DNA of 64,000 nt from Callorhinchus milii (lineage: Eukaryota), in NCBI RefSeq assembly GCF_018977255.1, contig NW_024704748.1:27032001-27096000 (forward strand), in the 5' to 3' direction. Position numbers and translations under genes: made by a program. Shown here one piece after another: positions 38,431 through 50,271 of this stretch; position 1 is the stretch's first letter, and each line of letters begins with the position of its first letter. The notes under the pieces were generated by a model, which ran no database searches, was not told the origin of the DNA, and worked only from the letters and a program-made list of their open reading frames with translations.

Positions 38431-41400
38431 TTAAATAGCCAGGACCGTGCGCTCTGTCTCCAGGCTCTGCGGGAGCTTCCATGTCAGGCCGTCCCCGTGC
38501 GGAGGGTGAGAGGAGGGGAGCAGCACCCGGGTCAGCCAGTGCCTGAAACACAGAGAGTCTGTCACTGCCAACGCCCCAGTGTGTGTGTGTGAGTGTGTGT
38601 AAGACGGTGTCCTGTCAGTCAGTGACTGTCTTACCTCCTCTTTTCGATGCCGAGAAACAGTTTCAAGTTGTTTAACTTGCCGGCATTAAAGGGGTTCCGA
38701 AAAACCTGGGGGGGGGGGGGGGAGACGACCACAGAGAGAGAGGTAATGTCAGCACCGAGACTTTGTCTAAAACCATTCCGCCTCGCTCCCACCCCCCCAA
38801 ACACACACAGCACCCCCCCAAACACACACAGCACCCGCTCCACCCCCCCAAACACACACAGCACCCCCCCAAACACACACAGCACCCCCCCCAAACACAC
38901 ACAGCACCCGCTCCCACCCCCCCAAACACACACAGCACCCCCCCCAAACACACACAGCACCCGCCCCCAAACACACACAGCACCCCACCCAAACACACAC
39001 AGCACACCACCCCAAACACACACAGCACCCGCTCCCCCCCCAACACGCACAGCACCCGCTCCCAAACACACACAGCACCCCCCCAAACACACACAGCACC
39101 CACCCCCACCCCCTGTGGCTGTTTACCCAAAGTGACTGAGCACCAGGCTGAGGCCCCCCCAAGCTGTCACTCTCTCCTCTCCGCAGACTCACCCGGCCTC
39201 TCTTGAGCTGCCGCTGCTGCTCCTTCTTGTTGATGTGCCGCTCGATGCTGGTCCTCCCCCCGCAGATCAGGACAGTGTGCCAGAGGGTCAGCCCACTGAG
39301 GGCCAAGGCCACCGAGCTGTGAGGAGGGGAGCAGCAGCTGCAGTTTACGACGGCATTGACACGGTGTCTGAGCTCTGCACAGTGCGGGCCGAGCGAGGGA
39401 GAATAATAATAATAATCCCTGCGTTTGATACAGCGCCTGATCACGTCTTCGAGACGTCTCAAAGCGCTTCACAGGATACACTGTAAAGTGAATCGACTGT
39501 GTATTTTGTGGGCAAAACGCGGCAGCCAATTGTGCACAGCAGCGTCCCCCAGACAGAATGACCAAATTTAATCCCCAAACAACCTCGGGGATTGTCAGCC
39601 AGGACACCGGGGGGGTGGAGGGGGTGCGTGTGTGTGCATGGGTGGGGGGCGGGAAGTGTAATGCGTGGGGGGTGTGAGAGGATGGGAACAGTGTGTTACA
39701 CAGCGCGCGGTGCTAACACAGGGAGCGGATGTCGGCACTGACCTGCACAGGACCCAGAGGTAGATGATGCATTTGTGAAAAGCCCTTTCTCGAAACGAAA
39801 TAGTGGGAGCGGAGGTCTGTGTGTCCGGCTGTGGGGACAAGGGGGACAGTGTTCAGATTGGAACCCCCCCCCATACTCCACCCTCCCCCACCAATACTCC
39901 ACCTCCCCCCCACCCAATACTCCACCTCTCCCCCCCACCCAATACTCCACTCTCCCCCACCCAATACTCCACCTCTCCCCCCCACCCAATACTCCACTCT
40001 CCCCCCCACCAATACTCCACCTCCCCCTCCACCCAATACTCCACCTCCCCCCTCCACCCAATACTCCACCTCCCCCCCATACTCCACCTCCCCCCACCCA
40101 ATACTCACCTCCCCCTCCACCAATACTCCACCTCCCCCCACCCAATACTCCACCTCTCCCCCCCACCCAATACTCCACCTCCCCCCCCCCAATACTCCAC
40201 CTCCCCCTCCACCCAATACTCCACCTCCCCCCCCCAATACTCCACCTCCCCTCCCCTCCAATACTCCACCTCCCCCCACACAGACTGAACACTGAGCTTG
40301 TGTCTGTGACTGCCAACCCCCCACAACCCCCCCCCCACCCCACACACTCACATCGATGGCGTTGAAGGCTTCGGTGAAGAGCTGGCGGCTGCTGACGCTG
40401 CAGTACACACAGCCCAGCGTCATGGAGAGACAGAAGGAGAAGAAGTAGCGGTGGTTAAAGTGCCCCACGCAGTTGTTGAGCCAGGCTGGAGGGGGACGGG
40501 TTGAGGAGCAAGACTCGGTGAGTAGAGATTCCCGAGCGCAAGGGCTACAGGCCAGGCTGCCTACACTGAGCGCACCCTCCACAACAACAACAACAACTGC
40601 CTGCATTTACACAGCGACCGTCACATGGGGTAGTGTCCCTGAGCTCTTGACAGTGGGCAGAGTCCGACACCAAGCCGGGGGGAGAGGGGGAGGTGACCAC
40701 AAATACGATCAAAAAGGATTGGGAGGAGGGGGGAGGGGAGGGGAGGGCAAGGCAGAGGGATTGAGGGAGAGAGTTCCACTGTGGTTACTTGCACTGCAAC
40801 TGAGACCCCCTCCTCCCCGACACAATAACAATGTGTGTTCATACAGCGTCCGTCACACGGGGCACCATCTCACAATCGCTCCTGGGGGGAGTTGAGGACG
40901 AGCAGCGGGGAAACCCGGCCACATAAACCCTGCACTGACGAGAACAGGGAAAGGATACGGCAATGATGGTCCATCTTCAAGATGCACCTGAAATAATAAA
41001 ATCAGAGAATTATACCACTGGAGCTCTCTCCTCTAACCCCATTCCCTGCTCTCTCTCTCTCTCTCCCCATCGTGTCTGTGCTGGGGCTCTCTCCCCCACT
41101 GGAGCTCTCTACTCTAACCCCATTCCCTGCTCTCTCTCTCTCTCCCCCATCGAGCCACCCCCACCGCCACACTGCGGCCCCACTTACTGGTTGCAGATGC
41201 TGCAATGGTGCGTGCGAGCCGGTTTGGGAGCAATGCATTTCCTGCAGATGGACGCCATCGGAACGTCTGTTTTCTCCTGACGGGGAATCACAGAACATCA
41301 CCTCAGAGACCGAGCAACACACCCTCTACACTGACCACCCACACTCCCAGGTCAGTGACAGCAGCGGTTAGAGTCGAGAGTAAAGCTCCCTCTACATTTG

Positions 41401-42421
41401 ATATAGAGCCTTATCACGTCTTCGAGACGTCTCAAAGCACTTCACAGAATATACTGTAAAGTGAATTGACCGTTTGTTTGCGCACAGCAGTGTCCCACAA
41501 ACAGCCGTGGTTTGAGTGACCAAATTATTATTTTATTGATCATTTTTTGTGAAGGGATTCTTATCCTCGGAAATCCGCCAATCGACAAATAACGCGCTCC
41601 TGCTTACTGCTGGTAAACAGAGGCGTGTGGAGTAAGGAAACTTGCCTAAGGTTTATCCCTGCCCGAGAATCAAACCACTGAGCTACAGGACTCCACTTGG
41701 TGAGTGCCGGGCGCTGTGAGGTTACTCTCTCTCTCTCTCTCTTACCTGTGGGGGGTAGCCGGGGCTGGAGGTCACAGCCTTGTAGTAATGGAAGACGATG
41801 AGCAGCAGGTTCCAGTGGCCGTAGCCCAGGTGCCAGGTGATCCAGCCCGCACTGTAGGTCCGCACAATGACGGGCAGGACACACACATAGACAATCAGCA
41901 CAATGGTGCTCGTCAGGAAGATCACCATCACCACAAACACCTGCAGGAGAGAGACAGACAGACAGAGAGAGAACTGTGGTGGGAATGTCTCAGGGGGGCA
42001 CAGGAAGGGGGAGGAGGGGTTGACAAGTGGGGAGACGGGAGCTCAGTCTCGTGGTTGTTGACGGAGGAATTGGGGACAGGGTTTGAGGGCAAGCGTTTCC
42101 CTCAGAGGCTTGTCTGGGTTTCGGGGGTGGGAAGGGGGGGTTTGGGGGGGAGTGGAGGGTTGAAGTAATATACAAGTGACTCACCACCCCGAACCACCTG
42201 GTGACGTGGTCGACCAGCCAGTAGATGGGCTCGAAAAGGGAGTCGAGGACCACGTCCCAGTTGGTGAAGGAGTTGTAGAGGAGGGAGTCCGCACACAGCC
42301 TGGCGTAGGCCCAGAGAGCACGGGCACCGAGCAAGGGGTCCCCACGCCGGGACCGGGGGCGACGGGGGCATCTCAACAACACACGCATCCCTCTCCACAA
42401 CATCCTCAACGGTGTCCTCAT
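38431..42421 (-). CDS. ZDHHC16: Palmitoyltransferase ZDHHC16, 9 coding exons, 358 aa
   Basis: Exons 42421-42185, 41940-41746, 41276-41188, 40987-40959, 40485-40352, 39828-39743, 39316-39193, 38705-38635, 38542-38431 total 1077 nt and stay in frame. Contains [60 protein letters not shown] and HWLTRVLLPS. Tail-to-tail with MMS19, as in human. Confidence 0.96.
38790..39110. repeat. Minisatellite CCAAACACACACAGCACCC (second version at 46100-46432)
   Basis: Tandem variant units seen directly. Confidence 0.95.
39870..40277. repeat. Minisatellite CCAATACTCCACCTCCCCC (second version at 47195-47590)
   Basis: Tandem variant units seen directly. Confidence 0.95.
40486..40958 (-). other. U12-type (minor spliceosome) GT-AG intron in ZDHHC16, directly after the 29-nt DHHC micro-exon
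   Basis: Donor GTATCCTTT (40958-40950). Branch site TCCTCAAC (40507-40500) lies ~13 nt upstream of the AG. Confidence 0.9.
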
Positions 42422-43696
42422 CGCACGCAGCTCAGCTCAGCTCAGCTCAGCTCCCTGCCAGAGAGACACAGCGATAACACAACAGCGGAGGCTGTTAACC
42501 CCTCACCCCCCACACCCACATATATACGCACAACACCCCCAGGGTTAGATTCCAGCCTCTCTATGTATCTATGTATAAACCAATCCCCAGATTAAATTCC
42601 AGTCTCTAACTCTCTCCCGAGGGGGGTTATTCTATACATACCCCCCAGATTAGATCCCGAGTGTAACCCTCAGCACGTGTTGGGATGAGACTGACGGACG
42701 TCACGGTTTAAACGCAGCCTCTTACCGTCACGGAGCAGATGCGCTGAGAGCAGGAGAGGCCGAGAGCCACAGCAACGATACTGGGCTGGGGGAGTCGGAC
42801 ATTGTGAGTAGGAGCTGTGTGTGTGGGGGGGGAGGCTGTGTGTGTGTGGAGGGGGGGGGGAGAGGGAGAGTGTGTGTGGGGGAGACTGTGTGTGGAGTGG
42901 GGGGTGAGAGGGAGTGGTAAGTTTGTGTGGGGTGAGAAGGTGTGTGGGGGGGGGGGGGTGAGAGGGTGTCTGTGGTTGGGGTGGGGGTGAGGGCTTTGAT
43001 GGACTCTGTTTGAAGCCGGGTCACCGTTGAGGACGGTCAGTCAGCATTGACGAGATCTGGGGGGAGGAGAGAATATCAATGACCAACTCAGGTCCCAGTG
43101 TAGAGTAGCTTAACATCTTACCTGGGAATAGCTGCCGTGAGTCGTTTCCCCCCAACACACACACACCCACCCCCCCACACACACACACACCACACCCCCC
43201 CCCCACACACACCCACCCACACACACCCACCCCCCCACACCGCCCCCTGTACACACACATACATCCCCCGCACACTTCACAAAGGTAAAGCAGTGAGACC
43301 CTGCGTACATCAGGGGCTAACATGCAGGAGCACCCCCCCCCCGCCCACCCTCACCTCCCTGTGGTTTGCCTTGTGGGGGTAAGGAGTGGGGGTGTGGGGG
43401 CGAGCGGCTGAGACAACGGCTTCGGTAATTTGGGATGAATTTCACTCCGAAGTTCCTTGAAGCCGAGGCTGAATTATTGACGAGTTGCGCCGATGTTTGA
43501 TAATTAATGGGGACGGAATTCACACAATCAAACTTCAGCATAAACACTCCCTCTGGTGTGTGACAGTCGGTATATGGGTGAGAGTGTGTGTGTGTGCGCG
43601 ACAGTGAGTCAGAGAGAGTGCGTGTATACGAGTGTGTATGCGAGTGAGAACGTGTGTGGTGTGTGTGTGAGAAAGACAGAGAGTGGCTCACACTTG

Positions 43697-44019
43697 CGGA
43701 GTCCTGTAGCTCAGTGGTTAGAGCACTCGCTTTGCGAGCGAGAGACCTGAGTTCAATTCCAGGCAGAGGGCCGAAACCTTGGGCAAGTTTCCTTACTCCA
43801 CACAGAGCCTAATAATAATCCTCCAAAACCAAAAACAATAATAAATTGGTCATTTTCAATCCACGACTGTTTGTGGGACATTGCTGTGCGCAATTGGCTG
43901 CCGCGTTCGCCCACAAATATACAGTCAATTCACTTTACAGTGTGTTCTGTGAAGCGCTTTGGGACGTTCTCCCGACGTGAAAAGCGCTATATCAAATGCA
44001 AGGATTATTATTATTATTG
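43697..44019 (+). mobile_element. Young SINE subfamily copy
   Basis: Same diagnostic internal segment AGAGCCTAATAATAATCC...AAAACCAAAAACAATAAT and CTCCC loop. Confidence 0.85.
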
Positions 44020-44122
44020 TGCGTGTGGTGGTGGTGAGGGAGGATGATGGCGCCACAGAAACCTCACTCACCGCTCTCAGCACAAAACAATTTATAAACG
44101 TGTTATAACTTCCCTAAACTCC

Positions 44123-44147
44123 NNNNNNNNNNNNNNNNNNNNNNNNN
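44123..44147. other. Assembly gap (25 N)
   Basis: Run of n. Confidence 1.
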
Positions 44148-44485
44148 GGGAGAGGGGGTGGGGGTCAGCGAGACCCTTGTTATCTCGTCCCATAATAAGA
44201 CTACACCTGATTCTGTGTTGTAAAATTCTATCCCTCTCTCCTGGTGCTCATTGCCCCACTGGAGCTCTCTACTCTAACCCCATCCCTGCTCTCTCTCTCT
44301 CTCCCCATCGTGTCTGTGCTGGGGCTCGCTCCCCCACTGGCGCTCTCTACTCTAACCCCATTCCCCGCTCTCTCTCTCCCCATCGTATCTGTGCTGGGGC
44401 TCGCTCCCCCACTGGAGCTCTCTACTCTAACCCCATTCCCTCCTCTCTGTCTCTCTCTCCATTGTGTCTGATAGTTAAACTTTTC

Positions 44486-47400
44486 ATTCCCTTTCCTGCA
44501 CTCCAGGGTCCCAGAGTAGAAAAGTTTCTCAGTAATTGCTTTATCACAGCATTTATTCTCCAATATAACAATGGCCTTTAATAGAAACCTTACACTGAGA
44601 CTGAGTGATTTGTACAATATTGCTTTCACCGGGGAACACGGGCTTTAATAATTAGTGATGATCCCCTCCACTTGACTGTTTACAGACCCCCAAACTACAG
44701 ACAATCAGCGTGAGGACAGTTTGGGTGAGGGGGTGGGAGGCAGTGTGGGTGGGGGGTGGAGGGGGTGGCATCAGCCTGTTTTTACTCCTGATTCAGACTC
44801 ACTGGGTACAGGATCAGAGGTTGGACCCGATGAGGGGGAAAAGGCATCGAGAAACCAGGAGGTGATTGGGATAGGGTTCCCTCCATTGGGAGTGAATCCA
44901 ATGGGAAGAGGTTTGGTTCATTGGGATTGTGTGCAGTGGGAGGGAATGGGTTCGGCCCAATGTTTGGGGATAATTATAATCCTTGCATTTAATATATTTT
45001 GTGGGCGAAACACGGCAGTCAATTGCACAGATAGTGTCCCACAAACAGTGGTGGATTGAGTGACCAAATTTTTTTTTTTTTTGGAAAGCATTATTACTCT
45101 GGATCTGACTAACAACCGGGTTTCTACTTACTGCTAGGGTTCGTCCCACCTGGCAATCGAATCCAGGTCCTCTCGCTTGCGAGGAAAGTGCTCTGACCAC
45201 TAAACGACTTAAATTGGACGAGTTTGCTGCAAGCTCAGGTCAGTTGTCCCCCTCCATTCCAATCCAGGGACTTAAACACGAGGTTCTTCACTCCGGACAC
45301 AAGCACTTTCCCAGTTCAACGTCAGTCAGACAGACAGACAAGACAGTGGAGGGAGGAAAGGAACTAGTTATCCTCTGCATTAAAAAAAAGTGTCTCTGAA
45401 TCCAATAAATCTTGTTAAACAAACATTGTACAGAGAGAGGAACAGGCCAAAGGGCAAAGAGACAGGCGAAAAAATGTCTTGTTTAAAAAAAAATTTTAAC
45501 AGTCCTGTTCAATTCAGTCCGACCAGCTTCCCCCTGCTCCGCCACAGTGTGGTCGCAGCTCAGCGGTGCTCTTGCTGCTGCAGGTGGGGGTCAGTCTTGT
45601 TGCTGTGACCCCCAATCACTGACCACGTGGGTCCCTCCCTCACCCTGAGATCAGGTGAGAAGATCCAGACACACGCGCTGCTCGCTCTCTCTCTCTCTCT
45701 CTCTCCTCCCCACACGCAGGAGTTCCTCCCGCATTCTCTTCCCACTTAAATAGCCAGGACCGTGCGCTCTGTCTCCAGGCTCTGCGGGAGCTTCCATGTC
45801 AGGCCGTCCCCGTGCGGAGGGTGAGAGGAGGGGAGCAGCACCCGGGTCAGCCAGTGCCTGAAACACAGAGAGTCTGTCACTGCCAACGCCCCAGTGTGTG
45901 TGTGTGAGTGTGTGTAAGACGGTGTCCTGTCAGTCAGTGACTGTCTTACCTCCTCTTTTCGATGCCGAGAAACAGTTTCAAGTTGTTTAACTTGCCGGCA
46001 TTAAAGGGGTTCCGAAAAACCTGGGGGGGGGGGGGGAGACGACCACAGAGAGAGAGGTAATGTCAGCACCGAGACCTTTGTCTAAAACCATTCCGCCCCG
46101 CTCCCACCCCCCCCCAAACACACACAGCACCCCCAAACACACACAGCACCCGCTCCCACCCCCCCAAACACACACAGCACCCCCCCCAAACACACACAGC
46201 ACCCCCCCCAAACACACACAGCACCCGCTCCACCCCCCCAAACACACACAGCACCCCCCCAAACACACACAGCACCCGCCCCCCAAACACACACAGCACC
46301 CCCCAAACACACACAGCACACCACCCCAAACACACACAGCACGCTCCCACCCCCCAACACGCACAGCACCCGCCTCCCAAACACACACAGCACCCGCCAC
46401 CCCCCCAAACACACACAGCACCGCCCCCACCCCCTGTGGCTGTTTACCCAAAGTGACTGAGCACCAGGCTGAGGCCCCCCCAAGCTGTCACTCTCTCCTC
46501 TCCGCAGACTCACCCGGCCTCTCTTGAGCTGCCGCTGCTGCTCCTTCTTGTTGATGTGCCGCTCGATGCTGGTCTCCCCCCGCAGGATCAGGACAGTGTG
46601 CCAGAGGGTCAGCCCACTGAGGGCCAAGGCCACCGAGCTGTGAGGAGGGGAGCAGCAGCTGCAGTTTACGACGGCATTGACACGGTGTCTGAGCTCTGCA
46701 CAGTGCGGGGCCGAGCGAGGGAGAATAATAATAATAATCCCTGCGTTTGATACAGCGCCTGATCACGTCTTCGAGACGTCTCAAAGCGCTTCACAGGATA
46801 CACTGTAAAGTGAATCGACTGTGTATTTTGTGGGCAAAACGCGGCAGCCAATTGTGCACAGCAGCGTCCCCCAGACAGAATGACCAAATTTAATCCCCAA
46901 ACAACCTCGGGGATTGTCAGCCAGGACACCGGGGGGGTGGAGGGGGGTGCGTGTGTGTGCATGGGTGGGGGGGCGGGAAGTGTATGCGTGGGGGGTGTGA
47001 GAGGATGGGAACAGTGTGTTACACAGCGCGCGGTGCTAACACAGGGAGCGGATGTCGGCACTGACCTGCACAGGACCCAGAGGTAGATGATGCATTTGTG
47101 AAAAGCCCTTTCTCGAAACGAAATAGTGGGAGCGGAGGTCTGTGTGTCCGGCTGTGGGGACAAGGGGGACAGTGTTCAGATTGGACACCCCCCCCCCATA
47201 CTCCACCCCCCCACCCAATACTCCCTCCCCCCCACCAATACTCCACCTCTCCCCCCCACCCAATACTCCACCTCTCCCCCCCACCCAATACTCCACCTCC
47301 CCCCCCCACCCAATACTCCACTCTCCCCCCCCCAATACTCCACCTCCCCCCTCCACCCAATACTCCACCTCCCCCTCCACCCAATACTCCACCTCTCCCC

Positions 47401-47590
47401 CCCTAATACTCCACCTCCCCCCCTCCCAATACTCCACCTCCCCCTCCACCAATACTCCACCTCCCCCCCACCCAATACTCCACCTCTCCCCCCCACCCAA
47501 TACTCCACCTCTCCCCCCCCCCAATACTCCACCTCCCCCCTCCACCCAATACTCCACCTCCCCCCCCCCCAATACTCCACCTCCCCTCCC
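44486..47590 (-). pseudogene. ZDHHC16: Second, near-identical partial copy of ZDHHC16 (last four coding exons plus 3' UTR, no DHHC domain); uncollapsed haplotype or recent segmental duplication
   Basis: Collinear with 37175-~40270 at an offset of ~7311-7323. Exons 47151-47066, 46637-46514, 46020-45950, 45857-45746. Begins ~340 bp after the N gap and ends in the CCAATACTCCACCT minisatellite. Confidence 0.85.
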
Positions 47591-48097
47591 CTAGCGCGTA
47601 TATCACATTGAGTTTAATTTCCCGGCCCCATCCACTCCTCAAATGATTCAATCTAATCCTTTTCCCTTTGGCTCAGCTCAGGGCTCAGTCACTCGCACTC
47701 TCGGCTCTGAGTCAGTCAGGTGTGGGGTTGAGTCCAGGCTGACGCTGCACTCCGGCCCTGGGGCTGGAGACCGGCACTTTGTCAGAGACGCCGTCCTCCA
47801 GGTGAGACATTAAACCGAGCTCCCGTCTGTGCCCTGTTAAGTCGGACATCAAACCACAATTCCACATCATCCACAGAATGAGGGGACGTGGAGGGCTGAC
47901 AGAGAATTTGAGGATAAAACTGGAGGAAATGCGCAGAGCGGCTGCGGATTAATGATCCTCTGTTTGAGGGACGTCGTGAAGTGAAAATTGGCCGCCTCAT
48001 TTGCTTACAAAATACAGTCACAACACTGGATAGCGATTCCCCCTCGGCACTGCACGTCTCACAATCACCACATCCATAGCTGCCTTTTTAGGGCAGA

Positions 48098-49428
48098 CAG
48101 TGTAGAGGAGCGTTACTGTGTCTCTAACCCTGACCTGGGAGTGTGGACACACAGTGTAGAGGAGCTTTACTGTGTCTCTAACCCTGACCTGGGAGTGTGG
48201 ACACACAGTGTAGAGGAGCGTTACTGTGTCTCTAACCCTGACCTGGGAGTGTGGACACACAGTGTAGAGGAGCGTTACTGTGTCTCTAACCCTGACCTGG
48301 GAGTGTGGACACACAGTGTAGAGGAGCGTTACTGTGTCTCTAACCCTGACCTGGGAGTGTGGACACACAGTGTAGAGGAGCTTACTGTGTCTCTAACCCT
48401 GACCTGGGAGTGTGGACACACAGTGTAGAGGAGCTTTACTGTGTCTCTAACCCTGACCTGGGAGTGTGGACACACAGTGTAGAGGGAGCGTTACTGTGTC
48501 TCTAACCCTGACCTGGGAGTGTGGACACACAGTGTAGAGGAGCGTTACTGTGTCTCTAACCCTGACCTGGGAGTGTGGACACACAGTGTAGAGGAGCGTT
48601 ACTGTGTCTCTAACCCTGACCTGGGAGTGTGGACACACAGTGTAGAGGAGCGTTACTGTGTCTCTAACCCTGACCTGGGAGTGTGGACACAGTGTAGAGG
48701 AGCGTTACTGTGTCTCTAACCCTGACCTGGGAGTGTGGACACACAGTGTAGAGGAGCGTTACTGTGTCTCTAACCCTGACCTGGGAGTGTGGACACACAG
48801 TGTAGAGGAGCGTTACTGTGTCTCTAACCCTGACCTGGGAGTGTGGACACACAGTGTAGAGGAGCTTACTGTGTCTCTAACCCTGACCTGGGAGTGTGGA
48901 CACACAGTGTAGAGGAGCGTTACTGTGTCTCTAACCCTGACCTGGGAGTGTGGACACACAGTGTAGAGGAGCGTTACTGTGTCTCTAACCCTGACCTGGG
49001 AGTGTGGACACACAGTGTAGAGGAGCTTTACTGTGTCTCTAACCCTGACCTGGGAGTGTGGACACACAGTGTAGAGGGAGCGTTACTGTGTCTCTAACCC
49101 TGACCTGGGAGTGTGGACACACAGTGTAGAGGAGCGTTACTGTGTCTCTAACCCTGACCTGGGAGTGTGGACACACAGTGTAGAGGAGCGTTACTGTGTC
49201 TCTAACCCTGACCTGGGAGTGTGGACACACAGTGTAGAGGGAGCGTTACTGTGTCTCTAACCCTGACCTGGGAGTGTGGACACACAGTGTAGAGGGAGCG
49301 TTACTGTGTCTCTAACCCTGACCTGGGAGTGTGGACACACAGTGTAGAGGGAGCGTTACTGTGTCTCTAACCCTGACCTGGGAGTGTGGACACACAGTGT
49401 AGAGGGAGCGTTACTGTGTCTCTAACCT
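48098..49428. repeat. 54-bp tandem array, ~24-25 near-identical units ACAGTGTAGAGGAGCGTTACTGTGTCTCTAACCCTGACCTGGGAGTGTGGACAC
   Basis: Units seen directly; ORF track shows an 18-aa period (HSVEERYCVSNPDLGVWT). Confidence 0.97.
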
Positions 49429-50271
49429 GGCTGTCTGACCAGTGGAGAGATGTACTCTTCACATTCACTGCATTAAAAATAATTAATAACAAGATTTAGC
49501 TTTAGTAAATCTCCAGCAAATTCCAAACATCCATTCCGCACAGAATCTCTCCCCTCCCACTTCATCCTCTCCGAACTCTGGGAAAAAAAGCGGATTATAA
49601 AATGCATTTTCATTAGGAGCACCAGAGAGGATCATTAATCCCCGGCTGCTCGGTAAGTTCCTCCAGTTTTATCCTCAAATTCTCAATCACCCCCACAACC
49701 CCCTCACCCTGTGGATCATGTGGAATCCTGGTTTATGTGCAGTAGTAATAATAATAATAATAATAATCCTTGCATTTGATATAGCACCTTATCACGTCTT
49801 TGAGACGTCTCAAAGCGCTTCACAGAATATGCCGCGGAGTGCAGTGACTGTGTGTCTTGTGGGTGAGATGCGGGAGACGGTTGCCCTCAGTAATCTCCCG
49901 CGAAGAGTCGTGGATTGAGTGACCAGATCTTTTCAAAAACATTTTTAAAAATTCTCTTTTTTTAAAGATCCCGGAAGTCCCGCGCTCTCTCCCTCGAGCA
50001 ACGCCTCCTCTTTATCTCATTCCAGAAAGTAGTAGTCCTATAGCGCTATATCAAATGCAAGGATTATTATTATTATTATTATTATAGGTGCAGGTGGGCA
50101 ACAGTCAACTGATGCCTAATACTTGGGGGGTGAGCGTTGGGTGTCGGGGGGGAAATCACAGCCCAAACCCATCCTCTGCCTTCACCTGTCGTCCACACAC
50201 AGGGGAGTGTGTGGGGGGGGTTCTGGCTGGTGATCAGCAGTGGTGGAAGGAGAACCTGACTGGACTGATTC

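Noticed and set aside
44047-44075. ATGGCGCC near the gap as a relic EXOSC1 start in the human-like position
   Set aside because: Similarity stops after about three codons and no matching donor follows.
48125-48131. Telomeric TAACCC in each array unit
   Set aside because: Only one hexamer per 54 bp, never tandem, so not an interstitial telomere.
48098-49428. CRISPR-like array or repeat protein (HSVEERYCVSNPDLGVWT)n
   Set aside because: Units are contiguous with no unique spacers, there are no cas genes, the context is eukaryotic, and frames are broken by unit indels.
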